A stretch of DNA of 35,141 nucleotides from Octopus bimaculoides (taxonomy: Eukaryota), in NCBI RefSeq assembly GCF_001194135.2, contig NC_068988.1, forward strand, positions 81,154,956 to 81,190,096, given 5' to 3'. Within the stretch, counting starts at the first letter, position 1; every line of letters starts with the position of its first letter. Positions 10,432-21,847 of this stretch are shown here, piece by piece. The translations under genes were made by a program, and so were the position numbers. Under the pieces are notes generated by a model, which saw nothing but the letters and a program-made list of their open reading frames with translations, made no database searches and was not told where the DNA came from.

Positions 10432-12342
10432 TCATCATCATCATCGTTTAACATCCATTTTCCATGCTGGCATGGGTTGGACAGTTCGACTGGGGTCTGG
10501 TAAGTCAGGAGGTTGCACCAGGCCCCAATCTGATCTGGCAGTGTTTCTACAGCTGGATGCCTTTCCTAACGCCAACCACTCTGAGAGTATAGTGGATGCT
10601 TTTTACATGCCACCAGCATGGAAGCCAGTCAAGGCGGCACTGGTTTCAGCCATATTCGGATGGTGCTTTTTATGTGCTCCTGGCTTGGGGCTCACAACTA
10701 CAATTTCCATTTGATTTGATTATGATATTGCTGATGTTGATGTACTTGACTCAATAGGTCTCCTCAAGCATGGCATGTCACCCAATGATCCAAGGTACTT
10801 TTGAGTGGGCTGGTTATGCAAGACTGGTGTAAGTTACTGCTGTGGACTCACTTTATTTGCTGGGTCTTCTCAATCACAGCATATCTCCTGAGGTCTCAGT
10901 CTTTCATCATTGCCTCTGTGAGGCCCAACATTTGAAGGTCATGCTTCACCACCTCATCCCATGTCTTCCTGGGTCTCCCTCTACCCTGGATTCCTCCCAC
11001 TGTTTGGGAGTGGCACTTCTTCATGCAGCTCTCCTCGTCCATCCACAGTACATGACCATACCAGCGCAAACATCTCTTTTGCATGCCACATCTGATGCTT
11101 CTTATGTCTACCATTTCTCTCAGAATGCTTACACTCTGTCGTGTGTGCACACTGACATTACACATCCAGCGGATCATGCGAACTTCATTTCTTTCGAGCC
11201 TACGCATGTGTTCAGCAGTTATGGCCCATGTTTCACTGCCGTGAAGCATGGCAGTTCATACACATGCATCATACAATCTACCTTTCACTCTGAGTGAGAG
11301 GCCCTTTGTCCCCAGTAGGGGTAGAAGCTTTCTGAACTTTGCCCAGGCTATTCTTATTCTAGTGGTAACACTCTCTGAGCATCCACCCCTATTACAGACT
11401 TGGTTACCTAGGTAGTGGAAGTTATCAACTACTTCTAGTTTCTCCCCATGGCATGTGATGGAGTCTGTTTTCTGAGCATCTGTGGTGTTTATTGCACGTG
11501 AAAGCTATCTTCCCGATTAACCTTCCTTTGATGTTGCAGCACCTCTTATGCATCCATAACTTACACTGAGTACATCTTATGGAATTTCTACCTACACCTT
11601 TACTACAGATCGAGCAGGGCCACCAACCTGAAGGGGTGTGTGATGTGTTCGCCTTCCTGCTTACTAGAATTTTGGTCTTTGCAACATTGACTCTAAGGCC
11701 CTTTGATTCTAAACCTTGCTTCCAAACTTGAAGTTTCTTCTCTAGTTCTGGTAGTGATTCTGCTATGAGGGCCAGATCATCAGCATAAAGGACTTCCCAG
11801 GAGCAACCTGTCTTGAATTCCTCTGTAATTGCCTGGAGGACTACAATGAATAAGAGGGGCCTGAAGGCTGATCCTTGGTGGACCCCTACTGCTACCCGGA
11901 ATTCTTCACCATACTCATTTCTAATCCTAACCTACTGACACCCACCATCTCTGTATAGGACCTGTACAACCTTTATTAACCATTTGTCAATTCCCAGTTT
12001 CTGCATCACCCACCAGATGAGGGATTGGGGGACCCTGTCAAAGGCTTTCTCCAAGTCCACAGAAGCCAAATATAGGGGTTTATCTTTGGCTAGATATTTC
12101 TCCTGCAGTTGCTGTACCAGGAATATAGCATTAGTGATGTATCTACCTGGCACAAAACTGAACTGCATCTCACCTAAGCGGACTCTCACCCTAATTAGTT
12201 GGGCTATGACTCTCTCCGTGACCTTCATCACCTGATGCAACTGTTTGATACCCCTGTAGTTATTTCTAACTGAAGCATCACCTTTACCTTTGTAGCAGTT
12301 GACTATGGTGCTGCTATGCCAGTCATTGGGTATGACTCCATC
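10432..12342 (-). mobile_element. 5'-truncated RTE LINE
   Basis: ORF-track peptides NCYKGKGDA..NNYRGI, FVPGRYITNAIF, VDLEKAFDRVP and MLHGSETWA...RWYGHV...RGRPRKTW; tail ending in (GAT)n at ~10432. Confidence 0.93.
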
Positions 12343-12564
12343 ATGAACTATATATGTATGTATACATATACATTTGGTTTGTAAGATTCTTTGTGAGCTC
12401 ATGTATTGAAGCATATTCTGTTGTGTCTGGGGAGACTCATTCTATTTTGGTGCCTTATAATTTAGCACACCCTCCAGTAAAATTTACACTTATTTCTTTT
12501 TTATTTTTCTAAAATTTTCGTTGCATCTTGCAACCTTTTCAATAGTCTTGACTCTTAGTTATTC

Positions 12565-12898
12565 ACACTGCATTCCTTGTTGCTTGTTTGTGTGCATGTG
12601 TGTGCCTATACATGCATGTATGTGTGTATGCATGTATGTGTATGTGTGTGTGCATATGTATCTACTTGTGTGTGTGTACATTGGTATGTATGTATTCTAC
12701 ATATTCATGTGTTTGCATGTCTGTGCTTGTATGTTTTTATGTATGTGCGCGTGTGTGTTTGTATATGTGTGTGTGTACCTCTGTCGCCTTGTGTGTGCTT
12801 GTGCCTGTTCTGCAACTACGTACCGTTTTTGTATGTATGTATGTGCATCTCCATATGTGTGGACGTGTATCTCCATATGTGTCCTTGTGTGAAGTAAA

Positions 12899-12934
<36 letters not shown>

Positions 12935-13165
12935 TTATGCGTTTCAGTCTTCATTTGCATATGTGTGCTTGTTTGTTCATATAACTTATGTACCTATCCG
13001 TCTGTATGTTGATCTGTTTATTTTTATATCCGTATGCTTACATACATGTGCATATAAATATATATATTCATACACCCACCCACACACACACATACATCTA
13101 TCTACATATATATATATATATACACATACATACACACACACAGATACATACATCTATCCACATAA
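12565..13165. repeat. Degenerate (TG)/(TA)/(CA) simple-sequence tract
   Basis: Alternating purine-pyrimidine low-complexity sequence. Confidence 0.95.
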
Positions 13166-13194
13166 CAATCCACTAACTATTCCCGTCTACCTGT

Positions 13195-13395
13195 GAAAAC
13201 TGTGGGTATGGGGGTTTGATATCTACTATGTATATTTCCTATTTAGTATTGGCGAAGTTTCATTTATGAGGATGTACTCCCGTATTTGTCTCAGAGTTGG
13301 GTTGTTTGGGTGCTTGGATAAGATGCGGATGTCAAGCTGACCCAGGTTTCCTCCATGTTGGTCCTTGACATGTTGATAGAGTATGGAGGACTGTT
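13195..13395 (-). mobile_element. Penelope-like GIY-YIG endonuclease C-terminal fragment
   Basis: SSILYQHVKDQHGG...TLRQIREYILINETSPILNRK fits the C-terminal H..H...RQI.E..I...P.LN.K pattern. Confidence 0.6.
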
Positions 13396-13464
13396 TTATA
13401 TATATATATTTTTTTTTCTGTAGTTTCAGCTCAGAACTGCGGCCATGCTGATGCACTACTGTTT

Positions 13465-14418
13465 TGCTACACTGTAATTACTGAGATCCTCCTCCAATAT
13501 GCAGCACTTGGTGAAGAATGGAGTTTGATGTAGCTACCCTCATTTGCTCCCCTTGCTGTGAGGTAGGTTCATCTGGGACTCTCGACAGTAAGAGGTCCAA
13601 CTTTGATTTAAAAACTCCTTCATCTACTTTGTGCAGGTTCCTCAGGCTCTTTGGGAGAATATTAAAAAACTGTGGGCCCCTGAAATCCAGGATGTTGCAG
13701 TAACTATTCCTGAAGTGCGATGGCGTTGCTGGGATCTTTGGCACTATGCAGTGTCGTCCAGTTCTGACATTGGTGTAGCTTTCAATGCCAAAATTTGGCA
13801 CAATTTCTTCCAGGATCTCCCAGAGGTATATTAACTGCATACCTCTCCTGCTTTCTCTCCAGAGAGTAGAGTCTTAGCTGTTTCAGCCTTTCCCAGTAGC
13901 TGAGCAGTTGCAAAGAGACAATCTTCTTTGTGAGTCTTCTCTGGATTGCTTCAAGGTTCGCTGTTAATTTCACACTGGTGGGTGACCATAGCTGGGAGCA
14001 GTAATCCAGGCAGCTGAAGACGAATGTCCTCCAGAGGTCCATCATGGTTTCCTTATCTCTGGTTCTGAATGTTCTCAGGATCCATCCAACCAGTCGTCTG
14101 CACTTTGTCACCATCCTGGCAATGTGCACTTGGAAAGGGGTATGATAACTCATGTTGATACCCAGGTCCCTCACTGATTTAGGACCTGGGATTGAAATTC
14201 TCTGCGGACCAGTGTACTCTGTAAGTTTCATATTCAGTTTTGGATGCTGGTAGAGCAGAGCTTGGAAATTTTCAGCATTAAACTGCATATTATTATCTTC
14301 AGCCCATCTACAAATTGAGTCCAACTCCTGCTGCAGATGCGTAACATTGCTGGGGTTCTCTATTTTCTGCAAGACTTTCATATCATCTGCGTAGCTTGCA
14401 AGGGTGTTCTTTGTCTTA
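13465..14418 (-). mobile_element. CR1/Jockey-group LINE 3' fragment
   Basis: SYADDMKV...LQQELDSICRWAEDNNMQFNA...VRDLGI...LDYCSQLWSP...LEAIQRR...RLKQLRLYSLERKQER, one frameshift, continuing to FRGPQFFNILP. Confidence 0.92.
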
Positions 14419-14781
14419 TACTAATGTGTCCATCTGTTCTAATTTAATTAAGTTCTATATCTTTGTGCAGCTGAGGATTCCTCTGAATTTCAAATTGATG
14501 TAATGATTACATTGTTCAATTATATGGAGTTGCATGAAACGATCGTACTACATTACCTCTGGATATCCATGTTGCTTATTTTGATTTTAATCACCTTACT
14601 TTGAAATTGTATGGATAATACCATACTAAATTCTGGTGCCTCAACTTAAGTACCATATTCACCTGAATATATAATTTCATAAATACCCAAATAGACATAA
14701 TGATTATTTAAAAAATCTAGCTAGTAAAATAAAACTATTTAGAAATATCGATGGAATTATAGTGCAATCAGATTAAACTAG

Positions 14782-15597
14782 GAACCTGTTAAACTAGATG
14801 TCAAATTATATGATTACCTATTAGAGAAAGAAATTAATAAGAAATATAAAATTGTTCCGGAAAATACTTTATATTCTATAAATAAAGCCTCTAAATTAAT
14901 AATGATGAAATATGAATTAGATAATAAGACTGAACCTTATGTACCTATGCACCCTAGAAGTAATTTGAAAGACCATAAGGATAATTTTTATTCTGACTCT
15001 AAAGTTAGGCTTATTTGTCCTTGTAAGTCAGATCTAGGTAAATTAAGTAAGATCATTTTACATAAATATATCAATAGATTAAATGATATTAATTACCTTA
15101 AATTATGGGATAGTACTATAGATACTTTAAAATGGTTAAATAATATCAAAGATAAAAATACATATAAATTTATTCAAATAGATACTGATAATTATTATTC
15201 TTCTATTAATGAGATTGTACTTAATAAGGCCCTAATTTATGCAATGAAGAAGGTAAGTATGACTTATGATGAAGTCAATGTAGTTAAAATGGCTAGGAAA
15301 TTGTTGATTAAATATAATAATAAGTTGTGGGCTAGGAAAGATACTAGGGACTATTTTGATATACCAATGGGGGCACCCGATTCAGCACAGGTAACTGATT
15401 TAGCAGGTATATATTTATTATCAGAACTTCAACTTGAAAACTTAAAATTGGAGGGTGGTTTATATAGGGATGAGCTTTTATTACTAACTAAGAATTGCAT
15501 CAATAGAACACTAGAATTATATAAGAAGAGAATATATAGTCTTTTTAAAAGAAATGGATTAAAGATTACTATATATAAAGATTACTATTATTACTAA
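14782..15597 (+). mobile_element. Penelope-like RT fragment (Naiad/Chlamys-type motifs)
   Basis: 272-codon stop-free frame: LKDHKDNF..KVRLICPCKSDLGKLSKIIL, FIQIDTDNYYSSI, FDIPMGAPDSAQVTDLAGIYLL, GLYRDE. Matches the recalled LKDHK.NF/RLINP.KS.IG/FDVTMGS.DGAE/GLYRDD pattern. Confidence 0.8.
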
Positions 15598-16399
15598 CAA
15601 TTTTATTATTATTTTTTATTATTGTTGTTGTTGTTATGGCTATTATTATTTATGAGTCGCTTTATCGTATTTCTAATATTTCTGTTGTATTTATATTTAT
15701 CTTTGGTAGTGTTACAGTAGTCTGAACCCCTAGCTGAACCTCCCCCCCCCTCACTCAAATAAAACACTAAACTAAATAAATAGATGGACTGAATGACTGA
15801 TTAGATGATTAATTGAACAACTCAACACTATTGTATAGCGTCTTGCACTTACTGTATTGTGTCTGATGGAATATATTGTAAACATATTTTTAGTGATGAA
15901 TAACAACTTAGAAAAATAACTTATCCGGTCCCTTCTGATATTTTGTCCCTTATTAGAAATTAGTCCTTATAACTTTTGACATAGAATTTTCCCCTGTATT
16001 TAGTTTTGTCACTGTTAAACCTATGCATATATAGGTTGCATTAGCTTGTAAAGCTGGACCGATATCCTATTTTTAAATAGAAAAAAATAAATTTAAAAAA
16101 AACCCTCCAGAGTATTCTCCCTTGAATTACTCCTCTGTGGACCAAACATTTTTGTTATTTTCTTATTTTAACTACAAGAAGGAGAATTTTCTTTCTTCTT
16201 TTAGAGAACTCTATCTGGTAATATTTAATATGTAATTTATATTCTTTTAACAGTGACAAAACAATAATCGAGGTGAATTTATGGATGACTTTGGAATAAT
16301 TTTTGATATCCTTGTGGTTGTTGTAGGAACAATAAATAAATAAATGTCTGACGTTTCAATCTACATGGAAGATGTTTCAATTTACAAGGAAGAGACCAG

Positions 16400-16760
16400 G
16401 TGGTCTTACTCTTTGACCTTGGGTACCACCAGGTGTCTCATCTGGAATGCCATAATCTGTGACTCCTTTGCTTCCTCCCACATCCTGGCTGCTGCCTTAA
16501 ATGGGAGGTTCATTGCTTCTGGAGATGAATAGAACAAAATCCTTAAGTATCAGGACTTGTCAGTGAGCCATTTCTTCCAGCCTGTGGAGTTTGAGACATC
16601 TGGAGGAGCTGGACTGCTAACAGTGAAGTTCGTGTCATTGATGGCAGCTCACCTTACAAAGGTGTCAAGTGAAACCTGTGAGGGTGCTTGGCTGTTCCAG
16701 TGCCTTAGCCCTGCCATCACACATGGTAATGCTGCATGTTGACTTGTTTCAGTAGATTCT
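16400..16760 (+). mobile_element. CRE-like non-LTR retrotransposon RLE C-terminal relic
   Basis: RCLIWNAIICDSFASSH...*NKILKYQDL..HFFQPVEFETSG...GAWLFQCLSPAITHGNAA in one frame with a stop at 16530-16532. Matches the recalled L.WDAT..DT.A...KY..L..F.P.A.ET.G...QR.S.A..RGNA pattern. Confidence 0.72.
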
Positions 16761-17219
16761 GTTGAACCTTGTGGTGAGAGACCAATTGGTGTTGAATTGA
16801 CATTTCTTTCTTTCTTTCTTCCTCTTCTTTTTGTCTTTCTTCACTCATGTTTGTTTTCTTCAGTTTTGAATTTGTATTTTTTTTTTTGTTATATATCTAT
16901 CATATACATGTATTATATATATAATTATTAAATTATCTAAATTAAAAAAAAAACGACCAAAAAAATTGAAGTTATGGAAAAAAATTGTTTTTATTTAGTT
17001 TGCCTTTCACTGGCCATGCAAAGGGTTTTTAACCCAATAGTAACATGCAGTTATATATAGCTTTATTTCCTTTGTTCCAGAAAGAAGAAAAAAAAAATTC
17101 ACATATTCTCGAAATTTATAACTTCTTATTACATCAAAAATATTATAAGATGCTTTCCATGTCACATATACTCATAAGTGGGTATCCCAGTTTCCAAAGG
17201 GTATATATTTCTCACTGGA

Positions 17220-17380
17220 CAAGATGCAATTCCATTGCAAGATTACTCACTGAGTGGACAGGAGCAACGTGAAATGAGGGCTTTTGGTTAAGAACACAAT
17301 GCTGTGCCCTGTCCAGGAGTCAAAACCACAATCTTATGATCATGAGTCCAACACCCTAATAACTAAGCCACGTGTCTCCA
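17220..17380 (-). mobile_element. tRNA-derived SINE 5' fragment
   Basis: ggagcaacgtgaaatgag...aagaacacaatgc...ccctaataactaagccac resembles the 1570-1680 copy. Confidence 0.6.
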
Positions 17381-17663
17381 CACACACACACACACACTCG
17401 TTTGTGGATTTTCATCTTTTAGTATATAAAATGTATTTCTCTGACAAGGCTTTTTTTCGTGTAGTAAGGGAGATAACTCTGAAGCAACTTTATCAAACAA
17501 AACTGACTGTAGATTGATTTCGCTCTTACATTTCGTTGGGTAGTTGGTAAATATATATGCTTTTATATACACGCACAAATACACATATAGATATATATAC
17601 ATACACATATACATGCATATATACACATGCATATATATAAATATATACATACACACACATATA

Positions 17664-17699
<36 letters not shown>

Positions 17700-17759
17700 C
17701 AAACACACATATGTATATACATGTGTATATATATACACATTCATATATGCATAGACATA

Positions 17760-18651
17760 CAAAGTCTGATCAATAAGTATCCGGACTGTTGTCATAGTAA
17801 CAAAGCTAAAGTACGCAGAATGAAGCCACTTGGCACAGATTAACTTTGAATTCTGCTGTGCAAGCGCACTCAGCTTTAACGTTCTAGCTCACTTCTGCTG
17901 TTTATAGTAGTGCTTGGAAGGAAGGTGTGTAGTGTGTGATTGCTGCATTGTCCACGAGAGAGAAAGTTGTGATGGTGATACCTGCTCAGAGGCCCATGCA
18001 AAGTTGCAGAAGGTGTATGGAAAAGAGTGTATAAGCTGCACACAAGTATACAGGTGGTTCAGACGTTCCAAGATGGCTGAAAAATGTCAATAATGATGAA
18101 CATACAGGGAAACCCACAGACAGCAGAACTTAGAAAAACATCACAGATGTGCATGCACCTGTGAGAGGAAATCATTGAATCACCATGCATGAGTTATCAG
18201 AGGATGTGCAGATTAGTTACGGTTCAGTTCAGTCCATTATCACTGAAGATTTGGGTATGAGATGTGTGTCTGCCAAGTTTGTGCCAAAACTGCTTTCAGC
18301 TGACCAAAATGATACTCATCTTTCAGTTGCACAAGATTTCCTTGATTGAGTTGAGAACGACCAAAGCTTTTGAAAACTTTGCGTAGGCCTCTGAGCAGGT
18401 ATCATCAAGCTTTTGGCAAAATTTGATGCAGATTCTCTGCTCAACTTTCTCTGTCATTGTCAATATGATGATCACATGCTACACATCTTCCTTCCAAGTA
18501 CTGCTGTAAACAGCAGAAGTGAGCTAGAATGTTAAAACTTAGTGTACATGTACAGTAGAGTTCATGGTCAATCAGTGTCAAGTGGTTTCACTCTGCATGC
18601 TTTAGCTTCGTTACTATGGCAACAGACTGGATACTTATTGATCAGACCACA
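17760..18651. mobile_element. Non-autonomous mariner derivative with long inverted arms
   Basis: TA-flanked ends gtctgatcaataagtatcc / ggatacttattgatcagac. Internal HTH-region transposase relic VYRWFR...SVQSIITEDLGMRCVSAKFVPKLL. Confidence 0.88.
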
Positions 18652-18884
18652 TATATATATATATATGTATATACATATCGTTCATCATCATTATCATTTA
18701 ATGTTTGTCTTCCTTGCTGGTACACATACACACACGCATGCACACATACATACATGAATGCTTGCATCCATCCAATTTTATGTTGGAGAGGAAAGAGGTG
18801 AAATATATTTAATGATATTTTAAAATTTGATTTAAAATTATTTTTGTTATAAAAATTAGTTCATTGTTTTTACAAATTTCAGTC

Positions 18885-19075
18885 ATAGGATTAGTGGCCA
18901 TGCAGCATCATTGCCTTTTAATCAATTACATTGTCTCCATAACTTGTTTCATTCACTGTTACTTATCTTATTGATTTCTGAAGGTTGAGAGGTAAACTTG
19001 ACATATGAAGGATTTGAACTAAGAGCATAAAATCATGTGTCCAACGCTTTACTGATCCTACAACTCAGCCATCCA
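18885..19075 (-). mobile_element. Degenerate SINE (same family as the 21.7-24.3 kb array)
   Basis: ctgttacttatcttattgatttctgaagg...ggatttgaactaagagc core. Confidence 0.55.
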
Positions 19076-19689
19076 CCTATGCCCATCAGTTCACTTTTCT
19101 GAATAGTCTGTAAAAGCCTGACAACCTTTTAATATATATTTAAAAGATAAAAGTGCTAATTTATTGAAATAAGTATAATTGCTGGATGCCTGCCACTGAG
19201 CAACTCCAGCAGACTGAAATCATGTGATCTGACAATTCCAGCATCCATAACAGATGATTCTCATCTGCTATGATACATATCTGTGCTTTTATGTACAATG
19301 TGTTTCAAGTATTTGGTATTTTAACAAGATACATTAAGTTGGATGTAAAGATTGCCTTTTGGTAATACTAATACTGCTTCTGCTGCGAATAATTATTTTA
19401 TTGTATAATTAGAAATAAATTCTTGTTACCAAGAAAACTTATTAAATTTAATGTCTCTGTAGAAATATAGTTTAATCATTAATTGCATTTAGTAATAATT
19501 ACTAATTATAACTAAAAGCCATAATTTTACATGTTATAATTGACAGTTTTATCCAATCATATATCCATTCCTCTGTTCTTGGGAGGGTTATAGAGGCAGA
19601 GTCTCTAGGCACCTCCTCCATAGGGTCTAATTAGAAACAACCATCATTAAACTTTCTGGTTAGATTCTCAAGTATGACCAACTGAGACT

Positions 19690-19960
19690 AAGGATATCAT
19701 TCAAGTATCTTGTTCTTGGCCAACCTTAAAATATCCTGATATTTAACTCATCTTAAAGAATCCAGCTTGTTCGTCTTTCCTGAGACATTCTAATCATGAC
19801 TGTCATACCAGAGTTGTGATCTCTCAATGAGGAGGAGTGGCTTGACCTGGAGTGATTCCTTGATCTGAGCTTCACACCCTGTTAAGTAATGTTATTCAAG
19901 AGATCCTTCAGCGGAACCCCATTTCAGTTGCTTGTATTCGCAAGAGTAAACTTTCTAGTT
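19690..19960 (-). mobile_element. Highly degenerate LINE (RTE-like) C-terminal relic
   Basis: RIQATEMGF...IERSQL.W resembles the Q..EM.FLR...IERSQLRW.GHV motif. Confidence 0.5.
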
Positions 19961-19984
19961 ATATTATACTTAAATAATTTGTAT

Positions 19985-20258
19985 TAATTTCACCATTGGT
20001 TTCAATGGCTGCTGTGAATGACTGTGGCTTTGAACTGGTTGGTCACCCTCCCTATTCCCCTGATTAGGTTCCATCTGACTATCATCTGGTGATAACCTTT
20101 TTAACCAACAGAATGAAAGTTTCTTCACCAATGGGATCCGAGCACTGATGGAAGGAATGTGTGGACTGCAAGGAGGACCAAGTCGAAAAATAAACCTCAT
20201 TTAGTCACATTCCATGCAAGTATCTTTGTCAGCCTATGAACTTTTCAATGGATTCCTG
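19985..20258 (+). mobile_element. Mariner transposase C-terminal relic plus eroded right end
   Basis: CGFELVGHPPYSPD*VPSDYHL corresponds to the mariner HPPYSPDLAPSDY motif; ...FFTNGIRAL; ends tcagcctatgaacttttca. Confidence 0.75.
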
Positions 20259-21334
20259 TCTATATCTTGTTTAAACTTTAAACTACTGTACTTTTGTTCA
20301 GAAACATGAGAATAGTTTTACACTAAAAATCAATTATTAACAAACAATAGAAAACTAGGAGAGTGCTGTTTTCTAAAGAATTACTCTGATAACTTATTTT
20401 TTTTATTTTTGAGTAGGGATATTGAGATTTTAACTGTTCACTTCAATTCGAAACAGTAGACAGAGATATACAAAAAGGGATAGGTTGAGCATGACGGGGA
20501 AAGCTTTAGATCATTGATCAGCTTACTCACAGTTGACCAAGTTTTAGAGGTTATTAGATTAATATATTCAATCAGTGCATAAGCACTATTAAATTCACTG
20601 AATTTAAGATCTCATCTGGGAATCTAACCAGAAAGTTTAATGATGGTTGTTTCTAATTAGACCCTATGGAGGAGGTGCCTGGAGACTCTGCCTCTATAAC
20701 CCTCCCAAGAACAGAGGAATGGATATATAATTGGATAAAACTGTCAATTATAAAAGGTAAAATTATGACTTTTAGTTATAATTAGTAATTATTACTAAAT
20801 GCAATTAATGATTAAACTACATTTCTACAAAAACATTAAATTTAATAAGTTTTCTTGGTAACAAGTATTTATTTCTAATTATACAATAAAATAGTTATTC
20901 GCAGCAGAAGCAGTATTAGTATTACCAAAAGGCAATCTTTACATCCAACTTAATGTATCTTGTTAAACTGCAATATATCAAGACTTCAATACAATATCCA
21001 CAATAGGAATGAGTTTGCATAGAGATAATTTGGATGAAACAAAATGTTCAGAGCAGAATATTTCGAAAGAATAAAAAGATTTCACAGATATTTCATAATT
21101 TCATTCTAAGTTCTGCAATTGTTTCCATAGTCCAAAAACAAAACATCATCATCAACATAATCATTACATAATTAATACATAAAAAAAGGTAATTAATTTG
21201 AATGAGATGAATAAACTATTTCATCAGGAAATTAAATTTGAAATATTATTAGATTAGAAAGGCAGAAAGAGGCAAAGAATAAATGAAGAGAGAAGGAAGC
21301 TGAGGAAGAGAAATAATAAATGAGATGTACCTAC

Positions 21335-21430
21335 TTTCCTTGACCAAGGGTACTGTATAGGTAATTCCAACAGGATACTAGTGCTGAAATCCCTGCTGAT
21401 GAAGGATACTGGGGTCGAGACATACAATAC
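21335..21430 (-). CDS. BIVM: BIVM-like protein, internal coding exon (96 nt, phase 2 to 2)
   Basis: Acceptor ttattttgtctgtcaaacag, donor AA|gtaggt. Reads (W)[31 protein letters not shown](K) versus recalled human [33 protein letters not shown]. Confidence 0.95.
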
Positions 21431-21724
21431 CTGTTTGACAGACAAAATAAGACAGATAATAAAACTGAAGAAGTTCAATATTTATATCAAATATGGCTAG
21501 TTGCTACTACCAATTGATTCCTCTTATCTAGACCCTGGTTTTGGTCACTGGACACTGATCGTATTAGGACACCACCAAGATATTTATGAAGATAGGGAAA
21601 ACACAGAATTGAGTTGTGTGGAAGGATGTTGTATTTGCAAATCTGCCCGACCCATAAAAAATGTAGGAAGAAATATAACTAAAAACTAATGATGATGATG
21701 ACAACTACAACAATGATGACAACA

Positions 21725-21781
21725 ATTATGAAATAGATGAATGAATTTTACCCAGCAGGCTAACCATTCTGCCAGTTTGCC

Positions 21782-21847
<66 letters not shown>

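Larger units (their letters stand above)
19320..20967. repeat. Long inverted repeat: arms 19320-19670 and 20617-20967 (351 bp each)
   Basis: Manual alignment gives 11 substitutions, no indels (~97% identity), and a 946-bp spacer. Confidence 0.95.

Noticed and set aside
12521-13196. Several 60-200 aa ORFs (CVCVYM.../HTHT...)
   Set aside because: Translations of (TG)/(TA)/(CA) simple sequence. The same applies to ORFs at 17363-17795, 33063-33413, 10331-10714 and 21726-21920.
13195-15597. GIY-YIG fragment and Penelope RT as a single element
   Set aside because: They are on opposite strands and separated by a SINE piece and a CR1-like insertion; there is no evidence they belong together.
14782-15597. 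Selenocysteine recoding in the Naiad-like RT
   Set aside because: No in-frame TGA within the open frame and no 3' region left in which to look for a SECIS.
15853-16066. Minus-strand acceptor/donor pair with DIGPALQANAT, faintly like DIRFGPFTGNTT
   Set aside because: Contains stops, is in the wrong phase, and the homologous exon is better explained at 8269.
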